Shown here: positions 18,505 to 26,201 of the stretch, in pieces
Layout of the letters: each line of letters starts with the position of its first letter
Position numbering within the stretch: position 1 is the stretch's first letter
The notes under the pieces: generated by a model
Told to the model about the DNA's origin: nothing
What the model saw: the letters and a program-made list of their open reading frames with translations, nothing else
Database searches by the model: none
Position numbers and translations under genes: made by a program
Assembly: GCF_000017305.1 (NCBI RefSeq)
Contig: NC_009664.2
Span: forward strand, 4,470,001 to 4,502,000
Length of the DNA: 32,000 nucleotides
Origin: Kineococcus radiotolerans SRS30216 = ATCC BAA-149
Lineage (GTDB): Bacteria > Actinomycetota > Actinomycetes > Actinomycetales > Kineococcaceae
Direction: 5' to 3'

Positions 18505-19755
18505 GTGTCTGTGACCTCACCCGGCCAGGACGGAGTCGTCATCGTGGGGGCGGGTGCCGCGGGGCTGGCCACGGTCGAGGGACTACGTGCCCACGGCTAC
18601 AACGGAGCAGTGCGCCTGATCGGCGACGAGGCGCACCTGCCCTACGACCGCCCACCCCTGTCGAAGGACCTGCTGACGGGTCCTCCAGAGCTGTCGCAGC
18701 TGCACCTCAGCACCCCGCAGCGGCTCAGCCAGCTTCAGGTGCAGGTGCTGCGCGGCGCTGCGGCTGAGCGCCTGTCGATACCTCAGCGCACGGTCCACCT
18801 GGACGATGGTCGCGCCCTGACCTACGAGCACCTGGTGTTGGCCACCGGGGTGCGGCCGCGCCCGGTGCCCGGCATCACGGCTCTGCGTGGGGTGCACCAC
18901 CTGCGCACCGTCGACGAGGCCGGCGCCCTGCACGCTGACCTGCAGGCCGGTCGACGTCTCGTGGTGCTCGGCGGAGGCCTGGTGGGTGCGGAGGTGGCTG
19001 CCGTGGCCGCGATCCTGGGGTTGTCGGTGACGGTGCTCTGCCGCGCACAGCACCTGCTGGCCGGCGCCGGTGTGGGAGCGGATCTTGACGCTCACCTGCT
19101 CGACCTGCACCAGCAGCACGGGGTGCACGTGCGCACCGGCCCCGACGCGCAGGCGATAGGCCTGACCGAGGAGCACGGCCGGGTCACTGGAGTACGTACC
19201 GCCGACGGCACAGTCACACCGGCTGATGTTCTGCTCGTTGCCGGCGGCTCGGCCCCTGCGGTGGGATGGCTGGCCGGTAGTGGCCTGGACGTGAGTGATG
19301 GTGTGCTCAGCGATGTCTGCTTACGTGCCGGTGAGGATGTGTACGCCGTGGGCGACGTGTGCCGCTGGCCGCACCCGCGCACCGGCCAGCTCGAGCGGGT
19401 GGAGCACCGCAGCAACGCCACGGAACAAGGCCTGCACGTGGGGCAGCAGATCGCCACCGGCGTCGCCTGCCCCTTCGACGCTGTCCCGTACTTCTGGAGC
19501 CGACAGTTCGGCATGACCCTGCACGCCTACGGGTGGCTGCGTCGCCACGACCACGTACGCCTCGCCGAGGGGTCCTTCGCCGAGGGTAAGTTCGTCCTCA
19601 CCTACCACCACGGCGATCAGTTGGTCGGGGTGGTAGGAGCGCGCAGCGCACGATCCCTCCGCGACTTGAGGAAAGTCCTCGAGACAACCGGCGACCTCAG
19701 CGCGACCGCATCCGTTCCAGGACGCAGCGACGAGCTCGACGTGAGCAGACGGTGA
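18505..19755 (+). CDS. FAD-dependent ferredoxin reductase (pyridine nucleotide-disulfide oxidoreductase family)
   Basis: Motifs: VVIVGAGAAGLATVEGL (FAD GxGxxG), PYDRPPLSK, LVVLGGGLVGAEVA (NAD GxGxxG), VYAVGDV. I chose GTG at 18505 because AGGA lies 7 nt upstream. GTG at 18460 (track) or 18511 are alternatives. Confidence 0.85.
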   Translation: MSVTSPGQDGVVIVGAGAAGLATVEGLRAHGYNGAVRLIGDEAHLPYDRPPLSKDLLTGPPELSQLHLSTPQRLSQLQVQVLRGAAAERLSIPQRTVHLDDGRALTYEHLVLATGVRPRPVPGITALRGVHHLRTVDEAGALHADLQAGRRLVVLGGGLVGAEVAAVAAILGLSVTVLCRAQHLLAGAGVGADLDAHLLDLHQQHGVHVRTGPDAQAIGLTEEHGRVTGVRTADGTVTPADVLLVAGGSAPAVGWLAGSGLDVSDGVLSDVCLRAGEDVYAVGDVCRWPHPRTGQLERVEHRSNATEQGLHVGQQIATGVACPFDAVPYFWSRQFGMTLHAYGWLRRHDHVRLAEGSFAEGKFVLTYHHGDQLVGVVGARSARSLRDLRKVLETTGDLSATASVPGRSDELDVSRR

Positions 19756-19833
19756 AGGAACCGCCCGGAACGGTGGTCGATCATCAGCGGAATCAGCTTC
19801 AGGTGATCCCACCCCGGCCGCAGACAAGTGCTG

Positions 19834-19864
19834 GAGGTGGCCTCTCGTTCTAGGGGGCCACCTC
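19834..19864 (+). terminator. terminator-like hairpin after the GH2-to-FdR operon
   Basis: GAGGTGGCC (19834-19842) and GGCCACCTC (19856-19864) form a perfect 9-bp stem with a 13-nt loop, followed by GGTGCTTTTCTCG. It lies 79 nt after the reductase stop. Confidence 0.45.
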
Positions 19865-20125
19865 GGTGCTTTTCTCGTGCCCCTCTCGGTGCCCGCCGTG
19901 GTCTCGGCGATGAGCGATCAAGCCCCCGCAACGACCTGCTTCTCGTCCAGGAAATGCTGCCCTCCACCTCCCCGGAAACCACCGACCCGCCGCTAACCAC
20001 CGTCGTTCCCGCAGCGGCCGGACCGATCAGCAGACTCGCTGTGCCAGTGCTCAGGCGGGACGCCCTCCATGACGGCTTCCTCAAGACCACCACCCCGGGC
20101 GGTGCGGGAAAGGGCGCATTTCCTT

Positions 20126-20149
20126 CCAACGCCAACGCCAACGCCAACG
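20126..20149. repeat. hexamer tandem repeat (CCAACG)x4 in an intergenic region
   Basis: Four perfect copies, 97 nt upstream of the GH35-like ATG. Confidence 0.9.
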
Positions 20150-20245
20150 CGGGCTGAGCGCCGACAACGTCACAACTCGAACCCTCCTACCACCACCCGC
20201 CCAGGAACGGGAGGGTGGTTCAGTCCAACCCCCGGAGTCGTCACC

Positions 20246-21850
20246 ATGACCACACACAGCACCTCCGCCTCCTCGCGGTGGTCCGGCCCCTATCTTGCCG
20301 TAGACGGCAGACCCTTCCTCGTCGTCGGGGCGGAGGTTCACAATTCCAGCTCGAGCACCCCCAGCGCCATCGCCGACTCCTTCGCAGCCGTGCGGGCACT
20401 GGGTGCCAACACCGTCTTGGCGCCGGTGGCCTGGGACCTCTTCGAGCCGGTCGAGGGCCACTTCGACCACACACTGGTCGACGCGATGATCAAGCAGGCG
20501 CAGCAACTGGGGATGCGCCTGATCCCACTGTGGTTCGGCGCCTACAAGAACGCTGTTTCCACCTACGCTCCCGGGTGGGTCAAGACCGACAGTGAGCGCT
20601 TCCCACGTACCCAGGTCGCCGACGGTCAACGCATCGAGCAACTGACGCCCTTCGCCCCGGCCGCGCGCGCCGCTGATGCCCGCGCCTTTGGCGCTTTGAT
20701 GCGGCGGATCCACGACGTGGACACCGCCGGGACGGTTCTGGCCGTGCAGGTGGAGAACGAGATGGGCCTGTTGGGCGACTCCCGTGACCGCAGCCCGCTG
20801 GCCAACGCCGCTTTCATCGCCGACGTGCCGCCCGGCGTGATCGAGGCGGTGGCGACCGACACGAACATGCCCCTGCACCAGGTGTGGGTCGACGCGGGCT
20901 CACGCGCGGAAGGGGCATGGTCGGAGGTCTTCGGCTCTGGTGAGCGCGTGGACGAAGCCTTCATGGCCGCCGCCTACGCTGCTTACACCGAGGAGGTGGC
21001 CAGCGCCGGCGCCTCTGAGCACGATGTACCGCTCTTCGTCAACGCCTGGCTGGACCACGACAGCGTCCTCGATGGTCCCGTGGCCGTGGCCGGAGGCAAG
21101 CGCCCGGGACAGTATCCCAGCGGTGGGCCGGTCATGCCGGTCGCGGCTATCTGGGAGGCAATGGCACCGACCGTCGATTTCCTGGCACCGGACATGTACA
21201 TCGAGGACGCAGAACCGGTCATGGCCGCCTACCGTGCTCGCCGCGGACGGTTGCTCATCCCTGAACTACGCGCAGATGCCCGCGGCCTTGCGCAGATGTT
21301 CAGTGCGATCGGGACCCACCAAGCCCTTGGTGTCTCACCTTTCGGGGTCGACGTCCTACGGTCCGACGAACCCGTCGGCGCCGCGCTCAGCGACGCCTAC
21401 CAGCTGTTGCGAGCCGCTGCCGTACTCATCCGGCAGCACGCGATAGCGCCCGTGGTGGGTTTCGAGCTGAACGCCGCGCAGCCATCGTTGAGCATCGACC
21501 TGGGAGGAAGCGTGCTGCAGGTCGACACGCACAGCGAGTGGGGCCCCGCCCCCGAGTACCCCGGCTACGGGCTGGCCTTCGAGGCCGACGGCGGTGTCTA
21601 CGTCATCGGACGCGGGTTCTGGATCACGCTGCGAGGTGAGACCGGGCAGGAGGTCTCGTTCCTGCAGGCGGACCAGTACCGGCTGCAGGGCGAGCAGCTG
21701 GTGCTCAGTCACCGGTTGAACGGGGACGAGACCAGTGGGGGGACCCTCGTGCCGTTCCCCTTCGCCGGTGCCCCGTTGCTGCCGGGGCGGGTCATCCCCA
21801 CCCGAATCCCTGACAGCGGCATCACCCACATCAGGACCTACTCGTACTGA
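20246..21850 (+). CDS. clan GH-A beta-galactosidase-like hydrolase (GH35-like N-terminal TIM barrel with DUF5597-like C-terminal domain)
   Basis: ATG at 20246 is preceded by GGAG (8-nt spacer). The track extension from 20069 is Pro/Thr/Arg-rich and unlikely to be coding. Motifs: GANTVLAPVAWDLFEPVEGHFD, LIPLWFGAYKN, AVQVENEMG (acid/base Glu). The family assignment is from memory of similar proteins. Confidence 0.7.
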   Translation: MTTHSTSASSRWSGPYLAVDGRPFLVVGAEVHNSSSSTPSAIADSFAAVRALGANTVLAPVAWDLFEPVEGHFDHTLVDAMIKQAQQLGMRLIPLWFGAYKNAVSTYAPGWVKTDSERFPRTQVADGQRIEQLTPFAPAARAADARAFGALMRRIHDVDTAGTVLAVQVENEMGLLGDSRDRSPLANAAFIADVPPGVIEAVATDTNMPLHQVWVDAGSRAEGAWSEVFGSGERVDEAFMAAAYAAYTEEVASAGASEHDVPLFVNAWLDHDSVLDGPVAVAGGKRPGQYPSGGPVMPVAAIWEAMAPTVDFLAPDMYIEDAEPVMAAYRARRGRLLIPELRADARGLAQMFSAIGTHQALGVSPFGVDVLRSDEPVGAALSDAYQLLRAAAVLIRQHAIAPVVGFELNAAQPSLSIDLGGSVLQVDTHSEWGPAPEYPGYGLAFEADGGVYVIGRGFWITLRGETGQEVSFLQADQYRLQGEQLVLSHRLNGDETSGGTLVPFPFAGAPLLPGRVIPTRIPDSGITHIRTYSY

Positions 21851-21877
21851 GACACCGCCCGGAGCGGTAGCACTGCC

Positions 21878-21960
21878 GGGCGGGCACCGGGCGGGCACCG
21901 GGCGGGCACCGGGCGGGCACCGGGCGGGCACCGGGCGGGCACCGGGCGGGCACCGGGCAC
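21878..21960. repeat. 11-bp tandem array (GGGCGGGCACC x7 plus a partial copy)
   Basis: Seven perfect 11-bp units at 21878-21954 and the partial GGGCAC at 21955-21960. The array is intergenic, 28 nt after the GH35-like stop and 44 nt before the kinase ATG. Confidence 0.95.
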
Positions 21961-22003
21961 ACTAGTCCTGGACGCGGAACCGGTCGAAGGCAAGGGGGAG
22001 CGT

Positions 22004-23179
22004 ATGGCGCGCGGGTACCTGATCGCCTTCGCCGCGGTCCTGCTGCTCGCCGGCCTCCTCGATGCCGCCACCGCGTCCAGCCCGCTCGTCCTGGCCTCCT
22101 TCGCGGTCGCCGCGGTGGCGGCCACCGCCTCGAGCCGTGCACGAGCGGTGACGTCGTGGGCCGCAGCGGGGAGCTCTCTCGGCCTGACCGTCGCCACTGT
22201 CCTGGACCCGGGCTCGACCGGCACCTCCGTCCCCGTCGGAACGGCTGAGGCATTGGCGCTGACCCTGCTCGTGCTCACCACGACCCGCCGCGCTGAGCGG
22301 TGGCGCGGGTGGTCGCTGACCACGGCGACCGCGCTCGCGGTGGTGTGCCTGCCCGTGCGCCTCGGGTGGAGCCCCGACTCGCCGACGTTGGTGGCAGGGA
22401 CGGTCGTGCTGAGCGCAGTGGCCGTCGCCGTCGGCTCGGCCCTGCGCGGAGCCGACGCCGCGCGGCGCGCGGCGGTGACGGCGGTCCGACGCCGCGAACG
22501 CGAGGAGGTCGCTCGCGAACTGCACGACGTCGTGGCCCACCACGTCACCGGCATGGTCGTCGCCACCCAGGCAGCCCGGCTGGTCGCCACGCGCAGCGAC
22601 GCCCGGCTGGACCCCACCCTGGCCGCCATCGAAGGCGCCGGAGCCGAGGCGCTGGCCGCCATGCGTCGCCTCGTCGAGGTGCTGCGCACCGATCCCGACG
22701 ATCGCCTCGCGCAGGACGGCGCCGACGGTGACGGGACCGGGGAGCGCACCCCGGTACCTCAGGCGGAGGACCTGGTGGACCTGGTGCGTCGTTTCCGAGG
22801 AGTCACCACCGGCCGGGTGGAGCTGCTGGGGGACCCCCGCGAGCTGGCCGACCTGCCGGTCGACGGGCAGGTCGCGCTGTACCGGGCCACCCAGGAGGCA
22901 CTGACCAACACCGCCCGCCACGCACCCGCCGCCGACCTGGTGCAGGTCGAAGTCGTCCGCCACGGCGGGACCGTGTCCGTGGAGATCACCGACTCCGGTG
23001 CCGCTGGTGCGCGTCGGCGGGAACCGGCAGGGCCGGCAGGAGGGGGCTTCGGGTTGATCGGCATGCGCGAACGCCTTGACGCCCTGGGCGGCTCCCTCAA
23101 CGCCGGACCACACGGGAAGGGCTGGCGAGTCTCGGCCACCTTGCCCCACCCCACAGCCGGTGCGGAGGGACAGCGATGA
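22004..23179 (+). CDS. two-component sensor histidine kinase (HisKA_3 / NarX-DesK-LiaS class)
   Basis: RBS AAGGGGGAG. Multi-TM N-terminus. H-box ARELHDVVAHHV, N-box EALTNTARHA, G-box GGFGLIGMRERLDALGG. Confidence 0.9.
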   Translation: MARGYLIAFAAVLLLAGLLDAATASSPLVLASFAVAAVAATASSRARAVTSWAAAGSSLGLTVATVLDPGSTGTSVPVGTAEALALTLLVLTTTRRAERWRGWSLTTATALAVVCLPVRLGWSPDSPTLVAGTVVLSAVAVAVGSALRGADAARRAAVTAVRRREREEVARELHDVVAHHVTGMVVATQAARLVATRSDARLDPTLAAIEGAGAEALAAMRRLVEVLRTDPDDRLAQDGADGDGTGERTPVPQAEDLVDLVRRFRGVTTGRVELLGDPRELADLPVDGQVALYRATQEALTNTARHAPAADLVQVEVVRHGGTVSVEITDSGAAGARRREPAGPAGGGFGLIGMRERLDALGGSLNAGPHGKGWRVSATLPHPTAGAEGQR

Positions 23180-23853
23180 CCACGCGGGTGCTCATCGCCG
23201 ACGACCAGGAGATGGTGCGCGCGGGGTTCGCACTGATCCTGGCCGCCCAGCCCGGTATAGACGTCGTCGCCCAGTGCGCGGACGGGGTCGAGGCGCTGGA
23301 AGCCGCCCGACGTCTGCGGCCCGACGTCGCCCTGCTGGACGTCCGGATGCCGCGCCTGAACGGGCTGGAGGTCACCCGCCGGCTAGCCGGCCCCGGGGTG
23401 CTGGACCCGGTCAGAGTCGTCGTGGTGACCACGTTCGACCTCGACGAGTACGTGCACGCCGCGCTACGCGCAGGAGCGTGCGGGTTCCTGCTCAAGGACG
23501 CCGGCCCGACCCTGCTGGTCGAGGCCGTGCGGGCCGCCGCAGCCGGGGAATCACTCATCAGCCCCGCGATCACCGTCCGTTTGCTCCAGCGCTTCGCCGC
23601 CGCGGCCCCCGCTCCAGACAGCCGGGCGGGGGAGATGCTCAGCGAGCGCGAGCTGGACGTCGTGCGACTCGTCGCGCGAGGGGGGACCAACGCCGAGGTA
23701 GGCGCCGAGCTGTTCATCTCCCTCGGCACGGTCAAGGCGCACCTGAGCAGCGTGCAGACCAAGCTCTCGGCCCGGAACCGGGTGGAGGTCGCCGCCTGGG
23801 CCTGGGAGAACGGGGTGGTGGGTCCTACCGGCGGCACCGACGGCCCGGCCTGA
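23176..23853 (+). CDS. NarL/LuxR-family response regulator
   Basis: Receiver domain (VLIADDQ ... ALLDVRMP). C-terminal LuxR HTH LSERELDVVRLVARGGTNAEVGAELFISLGTVKAHLSSVQTKL. ATGA overlap with the kinase stop. Confidence 0.93.
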   Translation: MTTRVLIADDQEMVRAGFALILAAQPGIDVVAQCADGVEALEAARRLRPDVALLDVRMPRLNGLEVTRRLAGPGVLDPVRVVVVTTFDLDEYVHAALRAGACGFLLKDAGPTLLVEAVRAAAAGESLISPAITVRLLQRFAAAAPAPDSRAGEMLSERELDVVRLVARGGTNAEVGAELFISLGTVKAHLSSVQTKLSARNRVEVAAWAWENGVVGPTGGTDGPA

Positions 23854-23942
23854 CCAGGATCGGCCGTTCGGCCAGGTCCCAGGAGCCGACACCGGCCATC
23901 CGGCCGGTGCGTCGTCCCTGGCCCGCCGGGCACGCTCACGAC

Positions 23943-24971
23943 ATGAGCGCTCCCATCCCGGTGCCACCGTCCTCCGAAGTCTCCCCGCGGCTCCCACCCG
24001 CCCCCGCACCGCGCCTCGTCTCCCTCGACGTCCTGTGAGGGATCGCCTTGTGCGGCATCGCGCTGGTGAACGTCGGACCCCTCACCCACTTCGCCTCCGC
24101 CGCCGGCCCGCAGCCGCTGACCCTCCACGACGCCGGCGGGTGGCTGCAGCTGCTGGTCCAGCAACGCTTCTTCCCGCTCTTTTCCTTGCTGTTCGGGATC
24201 GGATTCTCCCTGCTGTTCCAGTCCGCCGCCCGCCGCGGCGCCCGCCCGCGGGTTGTGCTGGCCCGCCGGCTCCTGGTGCTGCTGCCCCTGGGCGCCGTGC
24301 ACCAGTGGCTGCAACCGGGGGAAGCCCTGCTGCCCTACGCCGTAGTCGGCCTCTTGGTGCTGCTGCCCTCCTCCTGGCTGCCCACCCGGCTGCTGGCGGT
24401 GCTGGCGGCTCTCGCCGTCCCCGCCGCGCTGGCCACCGGAGGGGGACTCGTCCTCATCCCAGCGCTGTTCCTCGTCGGCTCCGCTCTTGTCCGCTGCGGT
24501 GCTATCGCCCGGCTCGAGTCTTCTCCCCGGGCGGTCGCGGTGCTGCTCGCACTCAGCGCGGCCGTGGCCGTGCCGACGGTGCTGGCCCAGGCCTCCGACC
24601 TGGCCGCCTCCGGCTTCTCAATCGTCTCGGCGCTCGCGGGTCTCGCCCTGGCCGGCGTCTACGCCTCAACGGTGCTGCTGGCGTTGCGCACACGCCTCCG
24701 CCGGCCCCTGGTCGCGGTGTTCGCCCCCTTGGGCAGGATGGCCCTGACCAACTACGTCAGCGCCACGCTGCTCCTCCTAGCCGCTGGTCACCTGCTGAAC
24801 CTACCTGCAAGCCGGTCGTGGAACGAGATGCTGGGCGCGACCGTCTTCGTGCTGGTCCTACAACTGCTGTGGTCGGCGTTGTGGCTCCGCCGGTTCCGGC
24901 AGGGTCCGCTGGAGCACCTGTGGCGCTGGGCGACCTGGGGAACCCGGGGTGTCGTCACCACGACGAGGTGA
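23943..24971 (+). pseudogene. DUF418 (YeiB-like) membrane protein gene interrupted by an in-frame TGA at 24036-24038
   Basis: The same reading frame encodes MSAPIPVPPSSEVSPRLPPAPAPRLVSLDVL-TGA-GIALCGIALVNVGP.... Downstream DUF418 hallmarks: FPLFSLLFGIGF, GRMALTNY, RQGPLEHLWRW. The track splits this into the tail of ORF 23076..24038 and a TTG-initiated ORF 24048..24971. Confidence 0.65.
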
Positions 24972-24980
24972 GTCCGTCCG

Positions 24981-25232
24981 GTGCGGTGGATCGTTCGCGC
25001 GATGAGACCTGGTCCCATCGCGCGGACTCAGAGACGGGACTCGAGCGTCCGGTGCTGGAGGCTGCCGCTGGGGCTGGTGGCGGAGGAGCTGGACTCCGCT
25101 CCGGCGGTGGGTGCGGTCTACCGCCGCCTCGAGGCGGAGGGAATGCTCGCGGCGGAGTGGTTCGGCGACGACCTGCTGCCCCTTGCGGTCGAGCTCACCC
25201 CCGCGGGGCGGATGCTGTTGCGCTCGCGCTGA
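24981..25232 (+). CDS. possible small winged-helix protein (PadR-like C-terminal half), perhaps degraded
   Basis: GAVYRRLEAEGMLAAEW...ELTPAGRMLL resembles the PadR recognition-helix/wing region. The first ~25 codons have poor third-position GC, and an N-terminal-like LERPVLEA string appears in another frame. No clear RBS. Confidence 0.3.
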   Translation: MRWIVRAMRPGPIARTQRRDSSVRCWRLPLGLVAEELDSAPAVGAVYRRLEAEGMLAAEWFGDDLLPLAVELTPAGRMLLRSR

Positions 25233-25487
25233 CCCAGCCGGTGGCTGACCAGAGGCCGCTGAGGAGCTGCGCGCGAGCCGCTGACGCGGGGCAGATGCGG
25301 GGCTGCCCACCAGGCGGGTCTGCCCAGGGCCTGGGCGTCGAGGCCTGATGCCGCTTGTCGCCTGTGCTTGCCGCAGGGCTCGTCCCGAGGCCGGTCAGGG
25401 CGGCTGTGATGACGCCCGAAGTGGTCATGGCGTTCATGGGCTGACCCGGGGGTAGTCGTAAGTCCCGCCTGCAGGGAGGGCAGCCTC

Positions 25488-26201
25488 TTACGCCGCGGGC
25501 GGGCGCCGTGCGTGGGCGCTCGCGGCGGTGCCGCGCCCGCTTCCCGCTGTCACCGGGAGGGGCAGGGGTTGCCCGGCCATCCAGGGGGCTAGCGTCTCGC
25601 GGTCCACCAGACGTACTCCGCTGCTGGTGGCGAGGTCGTGGGCGGGGCGGGTGTAGCGACTGGTGGTGACGTAGAGGGCGTGCTCGGCGTGGTGGTGGTG
25701 GTAGACGGTGCCGAGGAAGCGTTGCATGTCGGGGGAGCTGACGGCGCGGTCGGTGTAGCGCTTGCCCTGCACCACCAGCAGTGACCCGTCATGAGGGTGG
25801 CGGGCGGTGACGTCGGCGCCGAGGTCCCCGCCGCCTCCAGAGACGGTGACCTGCTGCCAGCCGTCGCGGTGCAGCAGGCGGGCCACCAGGTGCTCGAAGT
25901 CGGGTCCGCTCATGCCGTCGGTGCTGGCGACCTGCCGGTCCAGCAGCGCCTGGTGGGCGGCACGGGCTCGGGCGCGTCGGTGCAGCACCACCAGTCGCCA
26001 GACCAACAGGACGATGAGGACGGCACCGGTGAGAGCCAGGATGGGCCACCAGATCGCCAGCCAGGACCGCACCGCGCCCGCTGCGCCGGTGAGGATGAGG
26101 ACGACTACACCGGCGACGGCGAGGCGGGCGGCGTCATCGCTGCTACCGCTACCGCCACGGCGGCGGCCGGCGCGTCGGCGGGTGGGTTGGTTGCGGGCCA
26201 C
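25488..26201 (-). CDS. membrane-anchored restriction-endonuclease-fold protein (Mrr_cat-like)
   Basis: Basic N-terminus and two hydrophobic helices (LAVAGVVVLILTGAAGAV, WWPILALTGAVLIVLLVW). Then GPDFEHLVARLLHRDGW...GGDLGADVTA...LLVVQGKRY...VSSPDMQRFLG...ALYVTTSRYT, which is the D...(Q)xK nuclease core of the Mrr catalytic domain. GTG start. Confidence 0.8.
   Translation of the reverse strand: MARNQPTRRRAGRRRGGSGSSDDAARLAVAGVVVLILTGAAGAVRSWLAIWWPILALTGAVLIVLLVWRLVVLHRRARARAAHQALLDRQVASTDGMSGPDFEHLVARLLHRDGWQQVTVSGGGGDLGADVTARHPHDGSLLVVQGKRYTDRAVSSPDMQRFLGTVYHHHHAEHALYVTTSRYTRPAHDLATSSGVRLVDRETLAPWMAGQPLPLPVTAGSGRGTAASAHARRPPAA

Noticed and set aside
20107-20123. GGAAA-N7-TTTCC upstream of the GH35-like gene, considered as a second LacI-type operator.
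   Set aside because: Only the 5-bp arms are complementary. The centre is not symmetric and it does not resemble TTGACGCGCGTCAA.
19828-20157. A 109-aa ORF ending in SNANANANAG, encoded by the (CCAACG)4 repeat. I considered it as a possible small peptide or RiPP-like precursor next to the P450 operon.
   Set aside because: It starts inside the terminator-like hairpin. It has no usable RBS at either the GTG (19828) or the internal ATG (19954), and its codon bias is mixed. No mini-ORF exists directly upstream of the P450 either (16899-17013 has no ATG-initiated peptide).
21878-21960. The tandem array, considered as a CRISPR array.
   Set aside because: The units are 11 bp and directly abutting, with no spacers, and there are no cas genes in the window. 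It is a simple tandem repeat.
24035-25348. A 437-aa plus-strand ORF overlapping the DUF418 gene.
   Set aside because: It is the off-frame translation of the DUF418 membrane-protein gene (RRP/AAG-rich, no motifs). The DUF418 frame carries the family hallmarks.
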